Positions 47,303 to 56,071 of a stretch of 64,000 nucleotides of DNA are shown in pieces (position 1 is the stretch's first letter; each line of letters begins with the position of its first letter). The position numbers were made by a program, and so were the translations under genes. The notes beneath the pieces were generated by a model, which worked only from the letters and a program-made list of their open reading frames with translations, had not been told where the DNA came from and did not search any database. This stretch comes from an uncultured Bacillales bacterium (GTDB lineage Bacteria > Bacillota_I > Bacilli_A > RF39 > UBA660). The stretch is taken from positions 6,930-70,929 of the forward strand of contig CAMKGA010000002.1 of assembly GCA_946412015.1 (NCBI GenBank). The letters run 5' to 3'.

Positions 47303-47330
47303 TGAAAAATATTATAAAAGGATATATAAT
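47302..47330 (+). promoter_or_regulatory. Promoter of the T-box leader
   Basis: TTGAAA (47302-47307), 17-nt spacer, TATAAT (47325-47330). Confidence 0.7.
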
Positions 47331-47336
47331 ATTGTA

Positions 47337-47553
47337 AATTTTAAAAACTTTGAACTTGAGGAGTATATTATATTTAATTTATAGAGAGTTATCATTTGGT
47401 GGAAGATAATAATTAAAGTAATAGAAGGTAGCAAGGGAGTTTAATATTTGAATTAAGTAGAATGTTACGTTACATGCGTTAAATGTTTAAGGTAGTTTAT
47501 ACTACGAATTAAGGTGGTACCACGCCAAGCGTCCTTATAAGGATGCTTTTTTT
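47337..47553 (+). promoter_or_regulatory. T-box riboswitch leader (probable Val specifier GUA)
   Basis: Stem I AGAGAG (47383-47388) and GGTGGAAG distal motif. Candidate specifier GTA followed by A at 47418-47421. The conserved T-box AATTAAGGTGGTACCACG lies at 47507-47524. The terminator stem GCGTCC/GGATGC plus T7 lies at 47530-47553. The operon ends in valS. Confidence 0.88.
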
Positions 47554-47564
47554 ATGGAGGAAAT

Positions 47565-48617
47565 ATGAGATATACAAAAGGTTCAATAAAAATTAATAAT
47601 GATTTAAATAGGATTGATAAAGAATTAAATAATAATAAAAATGTAGGTAAAAATATTACTATACTTGAAAATTATTTAAATCAGCCATATTTTAAAACAA
47701 GAGTAAAAAAGATATTGTTTAAAGGATATATGCAGATAAGAAAAATAGATAAGGCATATAATTTAATTAAAGAATTATACGAAAGTACAAAAGAAGAGAC
47801 TGCTTTAATGGATTTAGTTAAACTACTTTTAGATAGTGGGTTAGTAGATAAGGCAAAAGAGTATGTAAATGATGCATATTTTTCAAATGAAAAAATATAT
47901 TTACTTGGATTAATATATGAATATGAAGGTAATTATGAAGATGCAATTGCAACTTTAAAAAAATTAAATCATACTTTAATGGAAGAAGATATGCATATAG
48001 AACTTGGATGTATATATGAATATATGCATAATTTAAAGAGCGCAAAAGAAGAGTTTAAGTGTTTACTTAAAACTGATAAGAGATATCAAGCAACCCTTAG
48101 ACTTATAAAAATTGCTTTTGGAGAGAGTGATCCTAAATTACCTGAATTAATTCAAAGTTTTGATATTGATAATTGTAAACATCAAGGAGATATAGTTCAG
48201 TATAAAAGGTGTGTCAAATACTATAAATATTTACGTGGTGAGTTAATTGATGAAGATATTGAAACTTATTTTGATAGACAGTTATATAGTTATAGTAAAG
48301 ATAGAGCATTACAACATGTAAGTAAGCGTCATTTATTAAAGGGGACTCTTTATAAGTTAAATGATGATATTAACTTAGCTGAAGTGTATGATTATTGTAC
48401 TTCTAATTTAAAACATTTAGTAAGAAAAGATGATACAGATATGTATTTAGTAAAAATGCCTTACGATATAGGATATTTAATGGATTATAAAACTGATTTA
48501 CTTGAAGTTGTAGTAATACCTAATACTAACAAAATACTTACAATGTATCCTGTAGCTAGAATTGGAAGATATGAAAAAATGCTTGAAAAAGAAGGTAAGG
48601 TAAAGGATGAACAATAA
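47565..48617 (+). CDS. TPR-like repeat protein with an unknown C-terminal domain (350 aa)
   Basis: First gene after the T-box terminator (GGAGGAAAT-ATG). It has 34-residue-type helical repeats, for example YLLGLIYEYEGNYEDAIATLKKL and ELGCIYEYMHNLKSAKEEFKCLL. Confidence 0.65.
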   Translation: MRYTKGSIKINNDLNRIDKELNNNKNVGKNITILENYLNQPYFKTRVKKILFKGYMQIRKIDKAYNLIKELYESTKEETALMDLVKLLLDSGLVDKAKEYVNDAYFSNEKIYLLGLIYEYEGNYEDAIATLKKLNHTLMEEDMHIELGCIYEYMHNLKSAKEEFKCLLKTDKRYQATLRLIKIAFGESDPKLPELIQSFDIDNCKHQGDIVQYKRCVKYYKYLRGELIDEDIETYFDRQLYSYSKDRALQHVSKRHLLKGTLYKLNDDINLAEVYDYCTSNLKHLVRKDDTDMYLVKMPYDIGYLMDYKTDLLEVVVIPNTNKILTMYPVARIGRYEKMLEKEGKVKDEQ

Positions 48618-49269
48618 TATAATAGATTTTTATATGTTTACAAATATATTAAAAAATAAACTTAGAACGGGATGGGTTGAAATAGAAATTAGTAAAGAAA
48701 GAAAAGAGAGTATTGCAGAACATATATATGGAACTTTAATGCTTGCAATAGCAATAGATAGTGAATATAAACTAGATATTGATATGTTAAAAGTATTAAA
48801 AATGCTATCTTTACACGAATTAGAAGAAATACTTATGCCAGATTATACAATAAGGTCTAATATTACAATAGATGAAAAAAGAAAAAATGGTAAAAAGAGC
48901 GTTGAAAAAGTTGTAGATGGTCTAATAAAAAAAGAAGATATTATAAATCTATTAGATGAGTTTAATGAACGTGAAAGTAAAGAAGCTAAGTTTTGTTATT
49001 TGATTGATAAAATAGAATGTGACTTTCAAGCTAAATTATATGATTTAGAAGGGGTTATGGATTTTGAAAAATCAAAAGAAGATTTAGAATATTATGGTGA
49101 TAGAAAAGATGAGATTAATAATAATTCTAAATGTGCAAGTGATTTTTGGATAGAATATGATAGAGTTAGATATCAAGATAATAAAATATTTAAAAGTTTA
49201 ATAGATGATATTAAAAATATAGATACTAATAAATATAAAAAAATAATGGAGGAAGAAAATATATGCTAG
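48607..49269 (+). CDS. HD-superfamily hydrolase (YfbR-like 5'-nucleotidase family, HD_3 type) with HE instead of HD
   Basis: LRTGW, ESIAEHIYGTLMLA, LSLHELEEILMPD, YLIDKIECD. Collinear with YfbR metal ligands except for the D to E change. Confidence 0.7.
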   Translation: MNNNIIDFYMFTNILKNKLRTGWVEIEISKERKESIAEHIYGTLMLAIAIDSEYKLDIDMLKVLKMLSLHELEEILMPDYTIRSNITIDEKRKNGKKSVEKVVDGLIKKEDIINLLDEFNERESKEAKFCYLIDKIECDFQAKLYDLEGVMDFEKSKEDLEYYGDRKDEINNNSKCASDFWIEYDRVRYQDNKIFKSLIDDIKNIDTNKYKKIMEEENIC

Positions 49270-51794
49270 ATAAGAAATATAATCATAATAAAGTAGAAGA
49301 GAATAAATATGAAAAATGGCTTAGTAAAGATTATTTTAAGTGTGAAGATGGAATTAGTAACAAAAAATCATTTTGTATAGTATTACCTCCACCAAATGTA
49401 ACAGGGGTACTACATTTAGGACATGCTTGGGATGTAACATTACAAGATATTATTATTCGTTATAAGAAAATGGAGGGTTATGATACATTATGGCTTCCTG
49501 GTATGGACCATGCTGCAATTGCAACTGAAGCTAAAGTTGTAAAAAGATTAAAAGAAAATAATATTAATAAATATGAATATGGTAGAGAAAAATTTTTAAA
49601 TGCTTGTTGGGATTGGACTAAAGAACACGGCGATATTATACGCAAACAGTGGGCTAAAATGGGTATTGCTCTAGATTATTCTAAAGAAAGATTTACTTTA
49701 GATGAAGGATTATCTAAAGCTGTAAAAAAAGTTTTTGTTGATTATTACAATGAAGGGTTAATATATCGTGGTGAGAAAATAATTAACTGGGATCCAGTAG
49801 CTAAAACTGCATTATCAAATGAAGAAGTTATATATAAAGAAGAAAAAAGTGCTTTTTATCATTTAAAATATATAATAGATGGAACAGATGATTATTTAGA
49901 TGTTGCAACCACTCGTCCTGAAACATTATTTGGAGATACTGCAGTTGCAGTAAATCCTAATGATGATAGATATAAACATCTAATTGGGAAAAATGTTATA
50001 CTACCTCTTGTTGGAAGATTAATACCAATTATAGCAGATGAACATGCAGACCCTACTAAAGGAACAGGTGTTGTTAAAATTACACCATCACATGATCCTA
50101 ATGACTTTGAGGTAGGCCTAAGACATAACCTTGAGAGAATTAATGTTATGAATGATGATGCTACTATGAATGAAAATGCTCTAAATTATTGTGGTATGAC
50201 TCGTGAAGAGTGTAGAGAAGAAATGTTAAAAGAACTAGAAAAATTAGGATTACTTTTAGAAGTTGAACCATTAGTACATGAAGTTGGACACAGTGAAAGA
50301 ACTGGTGTAATGGTAGAGCCAATGATAAAAAAACAATGGTTTGTTAAAATGCGCCCATTAGCAGATAAAGTATTAGAAACACAAAAGAAAAAGGATGAAA
50401 AAGTTAACTTTGTACCTACAAGATATGAAAAAGTTATGAATCACTGGATGGAAATTACATATGATTGGTGTATTTCACGTCAATTATGGTGGGGACATAG
50501 AATACCTGCTTGGTATAAAGGTGATGATGTTTATGTCGGAATAAATCCTCCTAAAGAAGATGGATGGGTACAAGATGAAGATGTACTTGATACTTGGTTT
50601 TCATCTGCACTATGGCCATTTGCAGCATTAGGTTGGCCTGATAATACAGAAATGTTAAAAAAATATTATCCAAATCAATGTTTAGTAACAGGATATGATA
50701 TTATACCTTTTTGGGTTAATAGAATGACATTTCAAGGAGAAAAATTACTTGGTAAAAGACCATTTAAAGATTGTTTAATTCATGGATTAATAAGAGATAA
50801 GCAAGGTAGAAAATTTTCTAAAAGCCTAGGTAATGGAATTGATCCATTTGACATGGTAGAAAAGTATGGAGCAGATGCTTTAAGATATTATCTTGCAACC
50901 GATGTCGCACCAGGTACTGATATGAAATTTGATGAAGAAAAAATTAAATCAGCATGGAACTTTATAAATAAAATATGGAATGCCGCAAGATTTGTTATAT
51001 CAAATATTGAAGATTTAAAAGAAATTAATTTAGATAATTTAAAACCAGAAGATAAATGGATACTTACTAAATATGAAAAATGTATTCATGAAGTAAAAAA
51101 ATTTATGGATAAATATCAATTTAATAATGCTGCTGCATCCATCTATGAGTTTACTTGGAATATGTTCTGTGATAATTATATAGAAATGGCTAAATATTCA
51201 ATAGATACTATAAGTACTAAATCAACATTATGTTTTGTACTTACAGGAATATTAAAAATGTTACAACCATTCATGCCATATGTAACAGATGAGATTTATT
51301 CAAAACTTCCTATAAAAGAGAAAGAAGATATAATGATTTCATCATATCCAAAATACAGTAAAAAATATATATTTACTGATGCCGAGATTGCAGTAGATGA
51401 CCAAATTGAATTTATAAAAAGCTTTAGAAACATAAAAGCAGAAAATAATATTACTAAAGAAGCAAAGATAATGTTTGATACAGATGATGATAATGATTTA
51501 ATTGTAAATATGCTTAAAATAAAAGATAATGTTGTAAAAAAACCACTTGGTATGAAAGCATATAAAGTATTCTCAAGAAGAGTAAAAGCACAAATTTTCT
51601 TTGAGAAAGTTGAAACAGAAGCAGATAAAAAATTAAAGGAAGCACAAATAAAACTATTATCTTCATCAATAGAAAGAAGAGAAAAATTATTATCTAATGA
51701 AAATTATGTTAATAAGGCACCTAAAAAAATAGTTGATTTAGATAGAGCCAAGTTAGAAGAAGAAAAGAAAAAACTAGAATTATTATTGAAATAA
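49263..51794 (+). CDS. valS: Valine--tRNA ligase
   Basis: PPPNVTGVLHLGHA (HIGH), the CP1 editing region TTRPETLFGDTAVAVNP, WCISRQLWWGHRIP, KFSKSLGN (KMSKS) and a C-terminal coiled coil. Confidence 0.97.
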   Translation: MLDKKYNHNKVEENKYEKWLSKDYFKCEDGISNKKSFCIVLPPPNVTGVLHLGHAWDVTLQDIIIRYKKMEGYDTLWLPGMDHAAIATEAKVVKRLKENNINKYEYGREKFLNACWDWTKEHGDIIRKQWAKMGIALDYSKERFTLDEGLSKAVKKVFVDYYNEGLIYRGEKIINWDPVAKTALSNEEVIYKEEKSAFYHLKYIIDGTDDYLDVATTRPETLFGDTAVAVNPNDDRYKHLIGKNVILPLVGRLIPIIADEHADPTKGTGVVKITPSHDPNDFEVGLRHNLERINVMNDDATMNENALNYCGMTREECREEMLKELEKLGLLLEVEPLVHEVGHSERTGVMVEPMIKKQWFVKMRPLADKVLETQKKKDEKVNFVPTRYEKVMNHWMEITYDWCISRQLWWGHRIPAWYKGDDVYVGINPPKEDGWVQDEDVLDTWFSSALWPFAALGWPDNTEMLKKYYPNQCLVTGYDIIPFWVNRMTFQGEKLLGKRPFKDCLIHGLIRDKQGRKFSKSLGNGIDPFDMVEKYGADALRYYLATDVAPGTDMKFDEEKIKSAWNFINKIWNAARFVISNIEDLKEINLDNLKPEDKWILTKYEKCIHEVKKFMDKYQFNNAAASIYEFTWNMFCDNYIEMAKYSIDTISTKSTLCFVLTGILKMLQPFMPYVTDEIYSKLPIKEKEDIMISSYPKYSKKYIFTDAEIAVDDQIEFIKSFRNIKAENNITKEAKIMFDTDDDNDLIVNMLKIKDNVVKKPLGMKAYKVFSRRVKAQIFFEKVETEADKKLKEAQIKLLSSSIERREKLLSNENYVNKAPKKIVDLDRAKLEEEKKKLELLLK

Positions 51795-51818
51795 ATAGCA
51801 CCTATCTGCTATTTTTTT
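51793..51818 (+). terminator. valS terminator
   Basis: Stem AAATAGCA/TGCTATTT with loop CCTATC, running into T7. Confidence 0.7.
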
Positions 51819-51821
51819 AAT

Positions 51822-51850
51822 TTGCTAAAAAACTAAAAATATGGTAATAT
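51822..51850 (+). promoter_or_regulatory. Promoter of the 349-aa/630-aa cassette
   Basis: TTGCTA (51822-51827), 17-nt spacer, TAATAT (51845-51850). Confidence 0.6.
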
Positions 51851-51875
51851 ACAAACCTGTTAAAGGGGGATTATT

Positions 51876-52925
51876 ATGGAAGATAAACTATATAATTTAT
51901 TTAAGTGTGAAAAAATAGTTAATGAAGAATTTATATTAGAATTAATAGATTATTTAAATAATAATAATTACGATATTAGAGGTATAAATAATATAATAAA
52001 AGCTATATGTAATTACAATACTAAAATATATGAAAAATTAAGATTAGAAAATAAGGAATTTGAATCTGTATTAAATAAAAGAAAAGAAGTAAAAAACATA
52101 GAAAAATTAGAAAATAATGTAGTACATGAACATATTAAAGAAGATAAAGAAGACAATTCAATGAAAATGGATATATCATTTTATATAGAATTTATAAACA
52201 GTTTAGATGATTATGAAGATATAGATATGATATTACCAAAAAAACATACTGATAATTATCAAGATATAATAAATTTAATATTACTTCACTATTTTGAAGA
52301 ATACAAAATGACTGAAAAGTTATTAAAGGATATAAGTAAAGATGATATAGATTATAAAGAATATAATGATTATAAATGTAAATGTTTAAAAATAATAAAA
52401 TATATAAAAAATTATAATCAATATATAAATAGTTCTAATAATAATACAGATGATATAGAAAATAAAGTAGTTTTCTTAAAAACTAATAGAGATAATATAT
52501 GTGTAAAAAATGATATTATAAAGGATATACCACAACAGTATTATTCTGATATACTAGAACTTATTGAAAGTATTAAAAAAGGTACATTTAAAAATATTAA
52601 GTGTTTTAATAATAATAAAAACTTAGAAGGATTATATGAAGTTAAGTATCGTGATGTTAGATTAACATTCAAAAGACTATCTAAAGATGTTTATATATTA
52701 ATTCAAGCATTTGTAAAAAAATGTTATACAAGTAGTCAGTATCATAATATGATGGGAAGTAGATATGTAGTTTTTAAATCACAAAAAAATCTATTATTAA
52801 AATATATAAATGATACTAATTATCTTCTTGAAAATGCAAAAATATTAGATTATATAGAAGAAATATTAGGTAATAAAAAGGGATGTGATAATTATGAAAA
52901 GGTTAAAAGAAGCGATAGAAAGTAG
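51876..52925 (+). CDS. Hypothetical 349-aa protein containing a RelE/ParE-like toxin-fold segment (about residues 196-282)
   Basis: RBS AAAGGGGGATTATT-ATG. The segment VVFLKTNRD..IPQQYYSDILELIESIKKG...LEGLYEVKYRDVRLTFKRLSKDVYILIQAFVKK matches the RelE/ParE/Gp49-type pattern. The rest is unrecognised. Confidence 0.6.
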   Translation: MEDKLYNLFKCEKIVNEEFILELIDYLNNNNYDIRGINNIIKAICNYNTKIYEKLRLENKEFESVLNKRKEVKNIEKLENNVVHEHIKEDKEDNSMKMDISFYIEFINSLDDYEDIDMILPKKHTDNYQDIINLILLHYFEEYKMTEKLLKDISKDDIDYKEYNDYKCKCLKIIKYIKNYNQYINSSNNNTDDIENKVVFLKTNRDNICVKNDIIKDIPQQYYSDILELIESIKKGTFKNIKCFNNNKNLEGLYEVKYRDVRLTFKRLSKDVYILIQAFVKKCYTSSQYHNMMGSRYVVFKSQKNLLLKYINDTNYLLENAKILDYIEEILGNKKGCDNYEKVKRSDRK

Positions 52926-54777
52926 ATGTAGAGTTTTAAAGGTAGAACCTATAGATTCTCATTATGAAGAATTTTTAAGAATTTATAAAGAGTGTTTATA
53001 TGGAAAATACGAAAAAGCAGAACCAGCATTCTATTCTATTTTTGTATTATTATTAATAATAACAAAAATAGGGCCATCATATTCAAAAAAACTAGAAGAG
53101 CTTATTAAAAGTTGTAGTTTAATATTCTCTAATATTATTCTTTCGGAACGAAAATATCGTGAATATTATGATGCGCTTAAAATATTATATAATCATGACC
53201 ATGATAAAAAAGTAGCAAAGCTAAACTTATTAGCTGCCCAAAATACAGTTAGAAAAATAAATAAAGAATTTGATAAAATATATGATAATATTCCTAAAAC
53301 AAAAATGAGACCTTCACTTGCACTAAAAGAATTATTCTATTTATGTCCGGATAAAGATATATTTATGAGTGTTCTTCTATTTGATAAACTTGCATATATT
53401 GATAAAAATTTTGATGGAATACTAGATGATATTAAAAGTGAAAGAGGCATACAAGTAAAAAACAAAAAAGCAAAAAAGTTGAAGCGTGAATCTATAAATA
53501 CAATTGGTAGTAAAGAGATAAAAATTATAGATAGATATTGTAAGATGATAGATGATTATTACACAAATTTATTTAATGAAACAAGAAATAACAGTAAAAT
53601 TAATAATAAAATAAAAAATAATTATGAAAAGTTATACATGAAATTAGTATATAATAGAGGTTATATTAGTAGTATAAATGAAGATATAAAACTAATAGAA
53701 GATGAAAATGTATTACACGAATATTTAAGATATGTTATTAGTAATAATAGTAAATATGAACAGGAAGTATCTAAAAAGAATATTGAGCTGAAAAGTAAAC
53801 AAGTATCCAACATTGAGATTATATTTCATAAATATGGTTATAACTTATCAAAATTAACTGAAGATGGAATAATAGAAATTAGTGAAATTGATAATTTAGA
53901 AGAAAAGTTAAATTTATTAAGAAACTCTAAATTAAATATTGTAAGTGAAGATAATAATTTGTTTATATTATTATTAAAATGTGATATAGAACAACTTTAC
54001 TATTTTACTTATTTATATAAAGAAAGCATTATAGATATAAATTTTTTAATTAACAATAGCTTAGTTTTAACAAATAAAGATATTTATAATAATTTTAAAT
54101 TAAATATAAATTTACTTAATAATTTTATAAGTAAAATTGCCAAATATAATAAAAATATATTATTAATAAATAATAATACATTAACAAAAAGATTAAAACT
54201 TATGCAATATTATAATATAGATATAAATAAGTTTAATAAATTTGAATTTTTAGAAAATGACATTATATTTAATTTACTTGATAATTTTATAGAACTTGGT
54301 TATTATAATCAAATAAGTAATAATCCTGATTACCTTGTAAGTAGTAATTATAATGCAATAAAAAGATTACAAATAGCTAGTTTAATTAACATGAATGTTA
54401 TAAATAATGATAATTCATTTATAGGTTCAATTATAACTGGAGATAATTTTTATATTCCAGATAATAAATTAGATGAGTTTTTAGTTGACTATACAGAAGA
54501 TTATGTTGATAACAACATATCTAGCATAGAAATATCAAATAGTGATTATAGTTACTTATCTAAATTATCTAATTATGAAATTGATAATTTAACATATAAT
54601 ATAAATGGTAAATTAATAAGTAAAAATAGATTATTAAGAAACATAAATGCATTAAAAGGGGAAGAAAGCACATATTTATTACATAAAGCAATTTTATCAG
54701 GTTCAATTAATTTAGATAATGATGATATTAGTGTAATAAATAATATTATAGGGATTAAGATAAAAGTTAAGAAATAA
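52894..54777 (+). CDS. Hypothetical 627-aa protein with about 30-residue helical repeats; its start overlaps the upstream gene
   Basis: ATG 52894 follows AAGGGA (GTG 52885 is also possible) and lies inside the 3' end of the previous ORF. The ORF is uninterrupted for 1.9 kb and is followed by a terminator (54769..54796). Confidence 0.7.
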   Translation: MKRLKEAIESRCRVLKVEPIDSHYEEFLRIYKECLYGKYEKAEPAFYSIFVLLLIITKIGPSYSKKLEELIKSCSLIFSNIILSERKYREYYDALKILYNHDHDKKVAKLNLLAAQNTVRKINKEFDKIYDNIPKTKMRPSLALKELFYLCPDKDIFMSVLLFDKLAYIDKNFDGILDDIKSERGIQVKNKKAKKLKRESINTIGSKEIKIIDRYCKMIDDYYTNLFNETRNNSKINNKIKNNYEKLYMKLVYNRGYISSINEDIKLIEDENVLHEYLRYVISNNSKYEQEVSKKNIELKSKQVSNIEIIFHKYGYNLSKLTEDGIIEISEIDNLEEKLNLLRNSKLNIVSEDNNLFILLLKCDIEQLYYFTYLYKESIIDINFLINNSLVLTNKDIYNNFKLNINLLNNFISKIAKYNKNILLINNNTLTKRLKLMQYYNIDINKFNKFEFLENDIIFNLLDNFIELGYYNQISNNPDYLVSSNYNAIKRLQIASLINMNVINNDNSFIGSIITGDNFYIPDNKLDEFLVDYTEDYVDNNISSIEISNSDYSYLSKLSNYEIDNLTYNINGKLISKNRLLRNINALKGEESTYLLHKAILSGSINLDNDDISVINNIIGIKIKVKK

Positions 54778-54819
54778 GAGATTTCTTAGCTTTTTTAATA
54801 TAAAAATTATAAAAATTTG

Positions 54820-54848
54820 TTGCAATTGAATAACTTATGTGCTAATAT
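54820..54848 (+). promoter_or_regulatory. hup promoter
   Basis: TTGCAA (54820-54825), 17-nt spacer, TAATAT (54843-54848). Confidence 0.7.
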
Positions 54849-54892
54849 TAGATTGTAGGCAAGATAGCTTACGTAGATGAGGGAGGTAAATT

Positions 54893-55165
54893 ATGACAAA
54901 AACAGATTTAATTAATTATGTTGCTGAAGAAGCAGGATTATCAAAAGCAGATGCAACTCGTGCACTAGATGCAGTTATGAGTGGAATTACTAAAGGATTA
55001 AAGGAAGAAAAGAAAGTTGCTTTAACTGGTTTCTGTACTTTTACTGCAAAAGATAAACCAGCATCAACTGGACGTAATCCAAGAACTGGAGAACCAGTTA
55101 CAATTGCAGCTAGAACTGCAGTTACTGTTAAAATTGGTTCTAAATTAAAAGATGCTTTAAACTAA
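54893..55165 (+). CDS. hup: DNA-binding protein HU
   Basis: MTKTDLINYVAEEAGLSKADATRALDAV, GFCTFTAKDKPASTGRNPRTGEPVTIAA. This is the canonical HU/IHF signature. A terminator hairpin plus T9 follows. Confidence 0.96.
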   Translation: MTKTDLINYVAEEAGLSKADATRALDAVMSGITKGLKEEKKVALTGFCTFTAKDKPASTGRNPRTGEPVTIAARTAVTVKIGSKLKDALN

Positions 55166-55304
55166 TAATTAATGAATAAAATTGATGCAAGTTACTTGCA
55201 TTTTTTTTTGCTAAAATTAGAAATTGTTATAAAAGATATAGATAAAAAGCATATACTTTATAAGTAGATTAAAGTAATAAAATAAAAGTCATAAACTTTA
55301 ATGT

Positions 55305-55973
55305 TTATGGCTTTTTGTTTATAATCTTTTCTTTATTTTTATTGTCTGTAAACATTATATTACCATTTTCAATATTAAAATCCATATTGAAAAAATCACT
55401 AATAATATTATTATCACTTATATTTATACTAGATATAAATGTAACATGAATATAATCAAGTAATTTAATATAGTATTCCTTAGTAGATTTTTGATCTCTA
55501 TTTATATATTTTAACTCTAATAATTCTTTTAATTCTTTTAGTTTATTTATTTTTTTATCAACATCACTATTATTAATACTATCAATCTCTTTATTTTTAG
55601 CATCAATTTCTTTATCAAATGAAACTTTTTCTTCTTGATAAAAATATATTTCATTAACAGCGGATTTATCATCACTAAGTAATCTATCAATTAACTCTAC
55701 TAAATTTGGTGGAGTAAGTAAATCAAAACGATGTAGATAAACTGATCTAGTCCCATCATAGTATTCATTAAAACCAATAGGTTCACTAGTATGATTTTTA
55801 ACTAACTTATTTTCAAAATAATTGTCATTAAAGCTATATTCTCTTTCAATTTCAACATGTTCTATTTTACTACAATTATTAATTATTTCTTTTTTTATCT
55901 CATTTATTCTATTTATATCATATGTAATTTCATATTTATTAATAACTTTATCATCTAATTCATAATATATCAT
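55305..55973 (-). CDS. Hypothetical protein (222 aa)
   Basis: RBS TAGGAGGGTTTT-ATG on the minus strand. No motif recognised. Confidence 0.55.
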   Translation of the reverse strand: MIYYELDDKVINKYEITYDINRINEIKKEIINNCSKIEHVEIEREYSFNDNYFENKLVKNHTSEPIGFNEYYDGTRSVYLHRFDLLTPPNLVELIDRLLSDDKSAVNEIYFYQEEKVSFDKEIDAKNKEIDSINNSDVDKKINKLKELKELLELKYINRDQKSTKEYYIKLLDYIHVTFISSINISDNNIISDFFNMDFNIENGNIMFTDNKNKEKIINKKP

Positions 55974-56071
55974 AAAACCCTCCTAAATAGATTATAACAT
56001 ATTTATAAAATTTTAGTGAAAATGATTGTTAAAAATGATTATTTTTGTTACATTAATAATGAGGTGTAAAT

